This document shows, piece after piece, positions 1 through 10,157 of a stretch of 64,000 nt of DNA (position 1 is its first letter; every line of letters starts with the position of its first letter). The notes under the pieces were generated by a model. The model saw only the letters and a program-made list of their open reading frames with translations, was not told the DNA's origin and did no database searches. The DNA is taken from IMG/VR virus record IMGVR_UViG_3300013121_000017, positions 96,001 to 160,000 of that record. One strand, 5' to 3'. The stretch comes from a virus. Its lineage: Duplodnaviria > Caudoviricetes. Position numbers and translations under genes: made by a program.

Positions 1-429
1 CAAGGCTTGCTGGACCAGGGACAAGTCGAAAGGTATCTGGCTCGGGTGAACCAGCCATCCTTCACTGCATCGCTGACACAGTTGATGGAAAAATATCCGA
101 CCTTGAAGTCACGCTACCAACGCCTGCTTCAACAGGTCGCCGACGTGAAACGTCAGCGGGCCACGCCCGTACCGGCGATACCGGCTGATGCTGGAGCGAA
201 GCAAGCTGCGGCGATGAGTAACCGAATGGGTCTGAAGCAGATGCTGTTGGACGACAGACTAGATCTAATTCCATTCAACGCCCAGTTCCGTCGTCTGTAT
301 GGCGAGGGAGCCGTCTCACGCAAAAAGTTGCAGGAGATGCTGGGACGGCTGAAGGAACGACAGGGCGGACTGTTCGCCATGCCGGGTGACAAACGAGCCA
401 TCGAGGCTTTTGAAGAACTGCTACGATAG
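1..429 (+). CDS. Hypothetical protein, probably 5'-truncated by the window edge
   Basis: Open frame from the window edge, ending just before the next SD/ATG. Confidence 0.55.
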   Translation, partial: QGLLDQGQVERYLARVNQPSFTASLTQLMEKYPTLKSRYQRLLQQVADVKRQRATPVPAIPADAGAKQAAAMSNRMGLKQMLLDDRLDLIPFNAQFRRLYGEGAVSRKKLQEMLGRLKERQGGLFAMPGDKRAIEAFEELLR

Positions 430-436
430 GAGACTA

Positions 437-928
437 ATGAAAGTTCAATCCTTCAAGGAATGGCTGATACGGCGTCAATACCCAGAGATGGTCGGCACAG
501 GTGCGATCTACGATGGAACCAAAGGCAAGGACTTCCAGTGGTGGGGTGCGCCTGAGTCGGAAATCAAGCCGAAGAAGCGGAAGAAGAAGCACAAGAAGAA
601 CGAGAGCTTCGGCGATTCTTTCAGTCGCGCCCAGTGGGCCTATGACAACCAGACACCATACGACGACGAAACCGACTGTCCAGAGTGCGGCGGCGAAGGC
701 ATTGTTGAGTGTGAGGACTGTGCCAAAGGCAAGGTGTCCTGTGATTGCATGGGCAAAGACCCGCAGTGCGAATACTGTGGAGGAACCGGCTCTATGGCCT
801 GCGAGGAGTGCGGCGGCAAAGGCGAGAAGGAATGCCGAGAGTGTGAGGGATCAGGCGTCGTGAGCCGTTCACATGCGAAGGGCTATCACGACGACCGCCG
901 CGATTGGGATGATGACGACCGTTACTAA
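437..928 (+). CDS. Protein with a DnaJ-type Cys-rich zinc finger
   Basis: Repeated CxxCxGxG motifs (CPECGGEG, CEYCGGTG, CEECGGKG, CRECEGSG); GGAG SD; N-terminus MKVQSFKEWL. Confidence 0.75.
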   Translation: MKVQSFKEWLIRRQYPEMVGTGAIYDGTKGKDFQWWGAPESEIKPKKRKKKHKKNESFGDSFSRAQWAYDNQTPYDDETDCPECGGEGIVECEDCAKGKVSCDCMGKDPQCEYCGGTGSMACEECGGKGEKECRECEGSGVVSRSHAKGYHDDRRDWDDDDRY

Positions 929-936
929 GGTATAGC

Positions 937-1221
937 ATGAGCAACTGGATGGACGCGATCTCCAACCCAAAGGGTACGGTGATCAGAAACTACATGCTAC
1001 AGATCTTGGGCCAAGAGAAATTCCTGAAGCATCAGGCATTCATCGACCGGCTCGGGGCAGTTTTGCCTACGTCGGCTGATGTCCAAGAGCTTGGACAGAT
1101 CGTCGTTGCGGTGTACGAACAAGGCTATTTCAAGGCTCTGAACGATTACCGTGAACAGTTCAAAAAACTGGGTTATGACGTGAGCGTCAAACACGAAACT
1201 GTGGCTGAAAATCAGAAATAG
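937..1221 (+). CDS. Hypothetical protein
   Basis: Compact ORF co-oriented with upstream genes. Confidence 0.65.
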   Translation: MSNWMDAISNPKGTVIRNYMLQILGQEKFLKHQAFIDRLGAVLPTSADVQELGQIVVAVYEQGYFKALNDYREQFKKLGYDVSVKHETVAENQK

Positions 1222-1807
1222 TGGTATTGACCATCCAGCCCTGCATGTTCGGCTCGATACCAACAACTCTCCACCACCGTTTGTCTCTGTTTTGAGGAAA
1301 GATAACTGAGTGCTTCGTAACCTTGTCTGTCGGACTCCAGATACTCAGTGACAAGTCGTCGCCATAGACGATGACGCCCTCAAAGACGAACGGATCATCA
1401 TAGACGACCTGTGGGCGTGACTCGCCGTACAGGTCGTCAATGTTTTTGGACATCCTGCCTGGAAGGCAGAGGACAGTGCATTTGTTTGGCGAGTTTTTGA
1501 GCATCGAAGCGATGCTCGGAGGAGTTTCCTTGACCGGAACTTCAGCGATGGGCGGCACAACCACTGGTTCTTCGATTTTGGACGGTTGAATTTTGCTTTC
1601 CGCTTCCTTGGTCAGGTCTGCTAACTCTTCTACAAAGCCGAGACGAACTGGGACGACGGCAGTCTCTGCCGGGCCGTTGTCGGCGACGGTTACACCCCTG
1701 AAAACGAAATTGTGAAGCACGAAGTCATTCCACATCTGCTGTCCACGCATAAAAGGGATAGGTCCACGAAGCCGGAAAGGCGTACCATCTCTGTTTTTCA
1801 GTGCCAT
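1187..1807 (-). CDS. Putative neck/head-completion paralog (gp14-like)
   Basis: N-terminus NRDGTPFR and the DDLYGES motif resemble ORF 3578; TATATA lies 4 nt upstream of the ATG. Confidence 0.5.
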   Translation of the reverse strand: MALKNRDGTPFRLRGPIPFMRGQQMWNDFVLHNFVFRGVTVADNGPAETAVVPVRLGFVEELADLTKEAESKIQPSKIEEPVVVPPIAEVPVKETPPSIASMLKNSPNKCTVLCLPGRMSKNIDDLYGESRPQVVYDDPFVFEGVIVYGDDLSLSIWSPTDKVTKHSVIFPQNRDKRWWRVVGIEPNMQGWMVNTTISDFQPQFRV

Positions 1808-1873
1808 GCCGTATATACCCAGAGCGTCCCGCATAGCTAATACAGTCGGTCCTCGAACGGACAAGGGAGATAA

Positions 1874-2275
1874 ATGTCACTAACCGTGCCGAATACCGCA
1901 GAAATCATCATGCTCCAGTACATCATGGGACTCACGTCCCCTGGAGATAAGATTCTGCACCTTTACAAGAACGATCCGTCTATCTCGGACGCCACGACAC
2001 TCGGCAGCTTGACCGAGTCCACCGAGGCAGGATACGCACCAATCACGCTGTACTCGATCAGTTGGACCATTTCGCAAGACATGGCCGGCGTGACAACCGC
2101 ACTTTACAGTGAAATGCCATTCAACTTCACGACGGGAGCCACGGTCTACGGCTACTACGTCACCAGTGCAGTCGGCGGCAACCTCTTGTGGGTTGAAAGA
2201 TTCAGCGGTGCGCCATACCAGTTGCCGGCAGGCGGCGGGCAGATCGCGGTCCAGGCCAAATCGACCCTCGACTAA
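1874..2275 (+). CDS. Putative virion structural protein
   Basis: Beta-rich T/G/S composition, LHLYKND...GYAPITL; structural module context; GGAG SD. Confidence 0.55.
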   Translation: MSLTVPNTAEIIMLQYIMGLTSPGDKILHLYKNDPSISDATTLGSLTESTEAGYAPITLYSISWTISQDMAGVTTALYSEMPFNFTTGATVYGYYVTSAVGGNLLWVERFSGAPYQLPAGGGQIAVQAKSTLD

Positions 2276-2333
2276 CCGAAATACACGGGCAGGCATTGTC
2301 GGCCCATTTCAACTGCGGGAAGGTATATAAAGC

Positions 2334-3569
2334 ATGATCACTTTCATGGAATGGGTTGTACTGACCGAAGCGTGGACGAGGGCATTTGCACCAGTCCTCA
2401 TGGAGGGCAAGAGAGGCAGCCCCGTTGACTACCACAACTACGCGAAGATGTTCACGACCTTCGTCATGGACGCCATCGAGAAAGGGAACTACCCTGGTCC
2501 CCTGAAGGATGCCGCCGCTCAGTTGAGGGACCAGCTTCGCGACAAGCATGCAGAAACCGAATTGTCTGCATCCGTTTTGGGCGGCAAGATGCGTGGTCGG
2601 CTGTCGAAAATCAGCCCGAACGACCAAGAAGAAGTCATCATGACAGCCGCCAAGAACTACTGGCAAGTTCTGCCGAAAGTCCTCGGCGACTGGAACAAGC
2701 TCAACGACGATGTTATCACCCCTGAAGACCTAGCTGGACGTATCTCGGGTTCCATCCAAGATTATGTCGGGTACGCAGTGAAGGATCACTTCAGGAGATT
2801 CTCCCGCAAGAGCTACAAACACCACGGCACGCCCCTGAGCGACGTTGGCGATGACGACGGTCGCAGGCCAGAAGCGTCCTACGAGGACGGCGAAGAAGCA
2901 TCACGTCCGGCCCTCGGCATGACAAGAGGAATCTGGAACAACGCCATCCACATCGTCATGACGGCGCAGGAAAATCTAACCTCGCAGATCAAAGAGATTC
3001 AAAAGGCAAGAGCAGAGAAGAGATCAAGGCAGGAAACAACCCAGCTTGAAAGCCGTGTTGAACACCTAGCAACTGCATTGGCCATCATGCGTAACATGCC
3101 ATCCCAAATGGGCAAGCAGTTGGGTATGCAGGGCGAAGAGGGCGACAACCTGATCTACGACAGACTTGCCTCAATGGTCAAAGATGCAGAATCAGACATG
3201 CACCCAAGTGACCGAGCCTTGTTGGGACACTGGGCCAACCAGAAGGGCGATGCCAACCACAAGTTCCGCAACCTCATCGCTACAGCAATCTGGATTGCCG
3301 CCGGCATGAAACCAGATTTGAAGCCGAAGAAGGCTCTGAAGGACGATCACTGGTTCTATGAACTGGCCCTCGATATTGAGGACAATGAAAACGATCCGGC
3401 GTCGGGCGTAACTTCGACCCCAGTCGATCCAACGCCAGCCAAAAGTCCGGTAAAGCCGGTGGTAGCCGCACCACAACAAGCCGAACCAGTAGTTGCAGCC
3501 CCAAGAAAGGCCGAACCGACCCCGGCACGCAAGTCGGTACAAAAGTCCCTGTTCGATGACATGGATTAA
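2334..3569 (+). CDS. Hypothetical late protein
   Basis: 411-aa ORF preceded by TATATA; N-terminus MITFMEWVVLTE. Confidence 0.75.
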   Translation: MITFMEWVVLTEAWTRAFAPVLMEGKRGSPVDYHNYAKMFTTFVMDAIEKGNYPGPLKDAAAQLRDQLRDKHAETELSASVLGGKMRGRLSKISPNDQEEVIMTAAKNYWQVLPKVLGDWNKLNDDVITPEDLAGRISGSIQDYVGYAVKDHFRRFSRKSYKHHGTPLSDVGDDDGRRPEASYEDGEEASRPALGMTRGIWNNAIHIVMTAQENLTSQIKEIQKARAEKRSRQETTQLESRVEHLATALAIMRNMPSQMGKQLGMQGEEGDNLIYDRLASMVKDAESDMHPSDRALLGHWANQKGDANHKFRNLIATAIWIAAGMKPDLKPKKALKDDHWFYELALDIEDNENDPASGVTSTPVDPTPAKSPVKPVVAAPQQAEPVVAAPRKAEPTPARKSVQKSLFDDMD

Positions 3570-3577
3570 GGAGCTAC

Positions 3578-4114
3578 ATGCCGCTGTACAACAAGGATGG
3601 CACACCCTACCGCGTAACGGGGACACGGCAGCAGTTCAACGACCTCAGTCCTGATCTGCAACTCTTCGACCTGTGGGACCAAGAAGCTATTAGGATCGGC
3701 GGGACGCCGATTTATTACTACGAGGTCTTCGTTCCAGAACAAACGACGGACCCGTTGTATATCGAGAACCGTGGTAAGGTTTGGAGTACGTCGCCGGTGG
3801 AATTATGGGCGGTGTACGAGCCGGTTGCGTCAACGAACACGCAGACGGCGTTCGGGTATGACGCACCGGACGAAATGAAGTTTGAGTTGAACTACCGCGC
3901 CATGCTGGACGCAATCGGACACATGCCTGCGATTGGCAGTCGGATCAGGTCGCCTTTCCTGAAGGAAGACTGGGAACTGGTTCAGCGGAACCTGAACGAG
4001 TTCAAGATGTACAAGGCATTGAGGATTGAGTTCCTCTGCAAGAGATTCCAAGACGACGCCGTGGGCGGTCCCAGCATCTCTTCACAGAAAGACATCCAGT
4101 ACAAGATCGTGTGA
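3578..4114 (+). CDS. Neck/head completion protein (T4 gp14-like)
   Basis: EAIRIGGTPIYYY...DPLYIE...FG motifs; upstream of gp15-like and sheath genes. Confidence 0.6.
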   Translation: MPLYNKDGTPYRVTGTRQQFNDLSPDLQLFDLWDQEAIRIGGTPIYYYEVFVPEQTTDPLYIENRGKVWSTSPVELWAVYEPVASTNTQTAFGYDAPDEMKFELNYRAMLDAIGHMPAIGSRIRSPFLKEDWELVQRNLNEFKMYKALRIEFLCKRFQDDAVGGPSISSQKDIQYKIV

Positions 4115-4122
4115 GGAAACCA

Positions 4123-4455
4123 ATGAAGACATTTTTCCAGTTCTCCGAAAAAGCCAAGCAGCACGCCAGAAGGAAGATGCTGAATGAGGCCGGTGTGCCA
4201 ACGCCTGGACAGGCACAGCCTGACTACACAAAGTTCCAGGCAGCATGGAGTGAATTCGTGAAAGATCCGAACAACGCAGCCGTTGTGCAGGCGATGGGCA
4301 AGACAATGTTGTCTCAGATTCCAACCGAAATTCAAAAACTGGCTCAGGCAAAACCAGCAACGACACAACCACAGCAGACACAGCAGACACAGCAGACACA
4401 GCAGACACAGCAGACGCAGCAGGTACAGCCGACTACAGGCGTTCAACAAAAGTGA
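4123..4455 (+). CDS. Hypothetical Gln/Thr-rich protein
   Basis: GAGG SD; starts MKTFFQFSE; QQT repeat. Confidence 0.7.
   Translation: MKTFFQFSEKAKQHARRKMLNEAGVPTPGQAQPDYTKFQAAWSEFVKDPNNAAVVQAMGKTMLSQIPTEIQKLAQAKPATTQPQQTQQTQQTQQTQQTQQVQPTTGVQQK
4372..4422 (+). repeat. 9-bp tandem repeat (CAGCAGACA) x about 5.5, encoding QQT
   Basis: Directly visible. Confidence 0.9.
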
Positions 4456-4460
4456 GGACC

Positions 4461-4955
4461 ATGAAGAGCTTCTTTCAGCTATCAGAACAGGTGAGGAAGC
4501 ACAAGCTTCGCAAACTTCGCGAAGCTGACGGTGACACCGCGCCTTCTGAGGCAGAACCGGCAAAGGCTGTTGCTACGCAGGCCAACCAGAACAACCAGAG
4601 CGATAACCAAGAACCCAAGCAAACAAACTTTGCCGAGATCCCCGACGTTGATTTGGTGATGGACTTCCAGAAAAAACTGGATTTGCTCGCCAAGGACAAG
4701 GCCAACGCAGCCGCATTAGTGAAGATGAAGGAGATCCCGTCTACCCAGGCATTTGCCACGGCATTCACGAATGCCCAGGCCGAGCTTCAAAAAGCGGTTG
4801 CGGCACTACAAGCAGAAGACAAAGAAGAAAAGAGTGGCAAGTCTGACAAGGATGCCGGCAGCAACACAGCAGGATCGGCAGCGTCTACGCCGCCGGCTCA
4901 ACCGCCGACATCACCGACGCCGACCCCAGGTCAGAGTCCGCCACCTCCAGGCTGA
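4461..4955 (+). CDS. Hypothetical protein with Pro-rich tail; N-terminal paralog of 4123
   Basis: GAGG SD; starts MKSFFQLSE. Confidence 0.7.
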   Translation: MKSFFQLSEQVRKHKLRKLREADGDTAPSEAEPAKAVATQANQNNQSDNQEPKQTNFAEIPDVDLVMDFQKKLDLLAKDKANAAALVKMKEIPSTQAFATAFTNAQAELQKAVAALQAEDKEEKSGKSDKDAGSNTAGSAASTPPAQPPTSPTPTPGQSPPPPG

Positions 4956-5051
4956 TAACAGCTTTGGTCGGAATCGGAACCGAATGAACTTTGGTTATTA
5001 GTTTCTTTGGTGGAACGCATTTGACTTTGGTCATCTGAACTTCAGCGACAT

Positions 5052-5079
5052 GGACCGGCTTTCGCCGGTCCTTTTTTTT
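5052..5079 (+). terminator. Rho-independent terminator
   Basis: GGACCGGC-TTTC-GCCGGTCC followed by T8. Confidence 0.9.
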
Positions 5080-5165
5080 GATCTTACAGCCCTTCATCTT
5101 CAAGCCTCATCTCTGGCGGACTCATTTACAGGGCAAAACGCATTCGAGAGGAGTAGATACCTGCC

Positions 5166-6149
5166 ATGAACTTCCCCGACCCGAACCACTCTCAGCAGAG
5201 TCTGAACCCTTGTAATGATAAGGGACTGACGCCCGACGAGAATCGTGATCCGCCGGACAAGTATTGCGATCCAAATCAGCCCTCTTTACGTCATGTTCCA
5301 GGGCCGGCGGAAAGTTGGCTTGATGACGCGATGACCAAGAAGACTGGTCTTGGGTTCAACAAGTTGTGTGACCCTATGCAAACGGGTCAGATCGTCAAGG
5401 AAGAAGGCAAGACAAATCCCAACACACTTTACCGCTACTCGAAGGCGATGCGTTCGTGCGATGAGGCGGTGTTGGACTTGTTCCGCAACATCGTGGTGAT
5501 TGACGAAGACGGCATCGCACATCCGGTTCCCATCATGTGGGCGACTCAGGAGCGTGCAGTTGCCCATGTCATCCAAAGCAATGTTCGCAAGGATGAGACT
5601 AACGTTGTGGATCGAATCAAGCTTCCGATGTTGGCGATCTCCTCTACCGACTTCAGCTTCAACCAAGAGCGTTACACCTACCACCGTGCGGTGGACTGGC
5701 TGCGTGATGCTGGCAAGCCTGGATTCACGAACAGGGAAAAGTTTGAGAAAGACACTGTACTTGGCGTAAGTCGCGGCATTCCCGTCGATGTGGGCTACAC
5801 GCTCATCGCTTGGACAATGTACCTCGAAGACATGAACCAAATCCTCGAACAGGTGATCACAAAATTCAGCCCGGTCGCATACATATCCGTGCGTGGTGTC
5901 CGGTGGGAAACCATTGTGAAACTCGACGGCATCGCGAACAACTTGGAGACGGAACCTGGGGACAATCAGTTGAGAGTGGTCAAGTTCCAATTCAATTTGA
6001 CCGCAGAGACGTATATACCTCAACCGATTAGGCGGGAGAAAACGGTCCTGAAGATCAAGACCGAGTTCGTTGACGGGGTGACAGATGACAGTGTAACCCA
6101 AGTCATCGGACGGCTGGAAGAAGCCGTGAAAGAGCTTGAATGCGACTGA
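5166..6149 (+). CDS. Tail terminator / sheath stabilizer (T4 gp15-like)
   Basis: PVPIMWATQER, KLPMLAI, DMNQILEQV motifs; directly upstream of the sheath. Confidence 0.7.
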   Translation: MNFPDPNHSQQSLNPCNDKGLTPDENRDPPDKYCDPNQPSLRHVPGPAESWLDDAMTKKTGLGFNKLCDPMQTGQIVKEEGKTNPNTLYRYSKAMRSCDEAVLDLFRNIVVIDEDGIAHPVPIMWATQERAVAHVIQSNVRKDETNVVDRIKLPMLAISSTDFSFNQERYTYHRAVDWLRDAGKPGFTNREKFEKDTVLGVSRGIPVDVGYTLIAWTMYLEDMNQILEQVITKFSPVAYISVRGVRWETIVKLDGIANNLETEPGDNQLRVVKFQFNLTAETYIPQPIRREKTVLKIKTEFVDGVTDDSVTQVIGRLEEAVKELECD

Positions 6150-6186
6150 CAAGGCTAACTAACCAGAGTCTTCTCACCAAGAGGAA

Positions 6187-6420
6187 ATGAACGCGATGAT
6201 CGAGATCACAAACAGAAACAAGTTTCCCGTCCAAGTGATGGTGAAATCTAGGCGGTCACCCAAGTCGTTCACGACTAAGGTCATCCCCGGCACAGGCGCT
6301 GGCAAAAACGTCTGGACCGTGGAAGACGAACGGGCCACCGAATACATCGAACGCCTTGAAGCAGCGGGTTTCATAACCACAAGGCACATTCCGAACAACA
6401 CGATGCGAAAGGGAGAATAA
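6187..6420 (+). CDS. Hypothetical protein
   Basis: GAGG SD; fills the gap before the sheath gene. Confidence 0.65.
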   Translation: MNAMIEITNRNKFPVQVMVKSRRSPKSFTTKVIPGTGAGKNVWTVEDERATEYIERLEAAGFITTRHIPNNTMRKGE

Positions 6421-6422
6421 CT

Positions 6423-8792
6423 ATGGCGATTCTAAGGGGTTTTCCGCCGTCGAACACAATCAGCCCGTCAGTGCGTATCGCCGAGAGCGATCTCAGCTTT
6501 ATCGCACCGGAGCAGTCATTCCACCGTGCTGGTTTGGTCGGGTTCGCGTCGAAGGGTCCAATCAACAGCCCGACGACGATTGCAACTCAGCGTCAACTGA
6601 ACACGGTCTTCGGCTACCCGCACCCTGAAGTTGGTGACCCGTACCTGATCTACGCCGCGTCCCAGTACCTGCTGATCGCGAACGAACTGTTCGTGGTCCG
6701 CGTTGCTGACGTTGACCCGGTGTCGGATGAGCAAGCCACGACCGCGTCTGTGGACGTGCTGGCTGCCGGTTCGATCATCGACATCTTCTCGAACACAAAC
6801 GGCCCGTACAGCTTCACGGCTGACAGCTTCTTCCGCTGGAGACTGAACGGTGCGTTGAACCACAAGACCCTGGTCGTGTTGGCCGACGCAAACCGTCCCG
6901 CACCTGACACTGGCAACCCGTGGACCACTGTTGACCTCGTCGCAGAACTGAACTCTCAGGTTGACGCCGAGAACGATGGCGTCGAGTTCTACGTCAAGGG
7001 TTCCGGTGCGTCCGCCAAGGTCGGCTTCCGCACAACCTGGGCATACGGCCCGCAGGCCCAACTCGAACTGGTTTCGGTTCAGAGTGACGCCTACACGGTC
7101 ATCGGCATCGGTACGAGCATGACAGTCGGCGAAGTCGTCGGCGACACTGACCGCTACCCGAACGATGGATACACGCTCCAGAACGTCTGGAATTTCACCG
7201 GCTTGACCGGAATGTTCCTGAATGTTGTGGTGGATGGTACTGACAACGTCTTGATTGACGATGTCGTCCAGACCATCGACCTGAGCAACCTTGAAGGGGC
7301 ATCGTGGAACGGTACGCAGGTCGTACAAGAAATCAATGACCAGATCGCAACCCTGCCGGGTGGCTTCGAGGCAGCCCTTGTTGGCTTCAACATCGTCCTC
7401 AGAACTCTGCACAAGGGTCGGGACGCACGCATCCTCGTCAAGAGCGATTCGTCCGCCGACGCTGTACTCGGCCTTCCGAACACGACCGGCGTGGGCGACA
7501 GCCCGCTGGGTGTGACTGGCGATCCGGCCATCTACACCTTCGGTCGGGTTGACGGTGCTGAGAACACCACTGGCCAAGTCACCTTCACGATCACGGCTGA
7601 GTCGCCGGGCATCGAAGGCAACAACACAAGCGTCCTCATCAAGAACGACACCCTCCAGGGTACGTTCCAGATCGAGGTCTACAACAACGGCGTCCAGATG
7701 GAAGCCTGGGGTAACCTGACGAAGGATCAGTCGTCTCGCTTCTACGTCGAGACGTTCCTGGCCCTGGTTTCGGACTTCATCCGGGTCACTGACAACACCG
7801 CTGTTGGCGCACCGCCGGCTCCAACCGCCCTCACGGGCTTGGCTCTGTCGGGCGGCTCGGACGGAATTCCGAGTGATCCTGACAAACAGGACGAACTTTT
7901 GATCGGCAACCTACTCGGTTATACAGGCATCTACACCTTCTCCGAGCCAGAGCAGATCGACATCGACCTGATCGCAGTGCCGGGCCACGCCAGCACGTCC
8001 ATCGTGATGGCCCTGCTCGACCTGTGCCAGAACGTCCGTCAGGACTGCCTCGCCATCATCGATCCGCCGTTCGGTCTGACCGTTTCGGAAATCATCGCAT
8101 GGCAGAACGGATCGCACCCGCTGAACCTGACAAGGTTCGATAGCGACTTCGGCGCTCTGTACTGGCCGTGGGTCAAGATGCGGGACAATTACAACCGGGT
8201 TGACGTGTGGGTTCCGCCGTCTGGCTCGGTCATGGCGACCTACGCACGCAGCGACTTCTTGTCGGCTCCGTGGTTCGCACCAGCCGGTTTGACCCGTGGT
8301 GTGGTCCCCGGCATCACCGACGTGTTCAACCGGCCAACGCTGGGCGAACGCGACCTGATGTACGGCTACCGCAACTGTATCAACCCGATTGTGCAGTTCG
8401 CCGACGTGGACGGCTTCGTCATCTGGGGTCAGAAGACGCTTCAGCGTACTCCGACCGCTCTTGACCGCGTCAACGTCAGGAGACTCCTCTTCGTCTGCGA
8501 GAAGAGAATCAGGGTCGCCTCTCGGTCGCTTCTGTTCGATCCGCATGACGACATCTTCCGCGCGAAGTTCGTGGCTCTGGCCTCGGAGATCCTGCGTGAG
8601 ATTCAGGTTGGACGTGGTATCCACGCCTTCATCGTCAAGGCTGACACCGAACTGAACACGCCAGACGTGATTGACCGCAACGAGTTCCGCGCTAGGATCG
8701 GTATCCAGCCGGTGAGGGCCGCAGAATTCATGTTCATCGAGTTCTCCGTCCACAGGACTGGAAGCTTCGCTGAAAACGCCAATACCTTCTAA
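6423..8792 (+). CDS. Tail sheath protein (gp18-like)
   Basis: SPSVRIAESDLS, GFASKGP, ALYWPW, PPSG, WFAPAG, WGQKTL, RVNVRRL motifs. Confidence 0.97.
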   Translation: MAILRGFPPSNTISPSVRIAESDLSFIAPEQSFHRAGLVGFASKGPINSPTTIATQRQLNTVFGYPHPEVGDPYLIYAASQYLLIANELFVVRVADVDPVSDEQATTASVDVLAAGSIIDIFSNTNGPYSFTADSFFRWRLNGALNHKTLVVLADANRPAPDTGNPWTTVDLVAELNSQVDAENDGVEFYVKGSGASAKVGFRTTWAYGPQAQLELVSVQSDAYTVIGIGTSMTVGEVVGDTDRYPNDGYTLQNVWNFTGLTGMFLNVVVDGTDNVLIDDVVQTIDLSNLEGASWNGTQVVQEINDQIATLPGGFEAALVGFNIVLRTLHKGRDARILVKSDSSADAVLGLPNTTGVGDSPLGVTGDPAIYTFGRVDGAENTTGQVTFTITAESPGIEGNNTSVLIKNDTLQGTFQIEVYNNGVQMEAWGNLTKDQSSRFYVETFLALVSDFIRVTDNTAVGAPPAPTALTGLALSGGSDGIPSDPDKQDELLIGNLLGYTGIYTFSEPEQIDIDLIAVPGHASTSIVMALLDLCQNVRQDCLAIIDPPFGLTVSEIIAWQNGSHPLNLTRFDSDFGALYWPWVKMRDNYNRVDVWVPPSGSVMATYARSDFLSAPWFAPAGLTRGVVPGITDVFNRPTLGERDLMYGYRNCINPIVQFADVDGFVIWGQKTLQRTPTALDRVNVRRLLFVCEKRIRVASRSLLFDPHDDIFRAKFVALASEILREIQVGRGIHAFIVKADTELNTPDVIDRNEFRARIGIQPVRAAEFMFIEFSVHRTGSFAENANTF

Positions 8793-8830
8793 GCGAAGGG
8801 GAACCAAGGATCTCAACTAAGAGGTGAACT

Positions 8831-9394
8831 ATGGCACAGAATATGGGTATGGGACAGCTTGCCTTGGGCGGCGTCGTCTTCAAGAGGAAGTTCCGTTGGA
8901 CTTTCAAGGTTGACAGCTTCTGCGGTGGCAAGAGCGTCCCCGAGCATTTCGTGAAGCTCGCTTCGCGTCCGAACCTGTCGATTGAGGAAACAGAAATCAA
9001 CTTCCTCAACGGCAAGATGTGGATTCCAGGCAAGGGTTCGTGGGAAACCATCACGGTTACTTACTACGACGTGGCCGGCTCTGCTGGCGGCGACATGGCC
9101 TTGATCTACTCTTGGATCGCGACCGTGTACAACTTCCTCGATTCGACCACGCTGACGCAGTCCTCGAAGAGGGCTGACTACGGTGGTCGTGGCACTCTGA
9201 CACTGTTCGATGGTTGCGGTACGCCAATGGAAGAGTGGACTCTGCGGCACATGTGGCCACAGGCCGTCAACTTCGGCGAACTCGACTACTCGTCCTCGGA
9301 AGAATGTACGGTCGAATTGACCCTGCGTTACTCTGAAGTCGATTACCAGAACATGTGCGGTGGAACGCCGACTGCATGCTGCGAAGGCTGCTAA
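8831..9394 (+). CDS. Tail tube protein 1 (gp19-like)
   Basis: Follows the sheath; WETITVTYYD and WPQAVNFGELDYSS motifs. Confidence 0.9.
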   Translation: MAQNMGMGQLALGGVVFKRKFRWTFKVDSFCGGKSVPEHFVKLASRPNLSIEETEINFLNGKMWIPGKGSWETITVTYYDVAGSAGGDMALIYSWIATVYNFLDSTTLTQSSKRADYGGRGTLTLFDGCGTPMEEWTLRHMWPQAVNFGELDYSSSEECTVELTLRYSEVDYQNMCGGTPTACCEGC

Positions 9395-9424
9395 CCCTCC
9401 TTCTCCTAACAGAACTGGAGGCTC

Positions 9425-10081
9425 ATGGCTCAAGCAAGTTCAACTAACAACTGTGGTAGCCCGATTCCTATGGGAATCGGGCAACTCGGGTTCAACAACG
9501 TCATCTTCAAGAGGAAGTTCCGTTGGACCTTTGAGATTCGCGGTTTCTGCAACGATCCGAACAGGGTTGTTCCCAAGACCTTCGTGAAGTTGGCCTCACG
9601 GCCCAACCTCTCTATCGAAGAGACTGAGATCAACTACCTGAACGCCAAGAAATGGATTCCTGGCAAGGGTTCGTGGGAAACCATTACGGTCACCTACTAC
9701 GACGTGGCGACGAATCTCAACCTCGAACTGTACAACTGGCTGGCAACGGTCTACGACTACACAGACCCCATCCATCTGAAACAGGCATCGCAGAGCCGAG
9801 ACTACTCTGGCACAGCGACCCTGGTTCTATACGACGGTTGCGGATCTCCTTTGGAGAAGTGGACTCTCGGCGACATCTGGCCGCAGGCCATCAACTTCGG
9901 CGAACTGGACTACTCGTCCTCCGAAGAATGCACCATCGAACTGACCCTTCGGTACTCCGAAGTTGCGTTTGAGTCGTGCTGTCCCGCGTTCAAGCCAAAA
10001 GCTTGCTGCTCGCCTTGCGACTCAAGCTCGTTCGCGTCAGCGGGAAGAGCCGCAGCGAACCTACAAACCGTCATCGGTTGA
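9425..10081 (+). CDS. Tail tube protein 2
   Basis: Close paralog of 8831 with a Cys-rich C-terminus. Confidence 0.9.
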   Translation: MAQASSTNNCGSPIPMGIGQLGFNNVIFKRKFRWTFEIRGFCNDPNRVVPKTFVKLASRPNLSIEETEINYLNAKKWIPGKGSWETITVTYYDVATNLNLELYNWLATVYDYTDPIHLKQASQSRDYSGTATLVLYDGCGSPLEKWTLGDIWPQAINFGELDYSSSEECTIELTLRYSEVAFESCCPAFKPKACCSPCDSSSFASAGRAAANLQTVIG

Positions 10082-10099
10082 TTCACCCTTGCAAGGCCG

Positions 10100-10131
10100 A
10101 AAAAGGCCCGGCCAACAGGCCGGGCCTTTTT
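10100..10131. terminator. Bidirectional Rho-independent terminator
   Basis: A5-GGCCCGGCC-AACA-GGCCGGGCC-T5. Confidence 0.85.
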
Positions 10132-10157
10132 CGTTTCAGGACTCTCTTAGAGGTACT

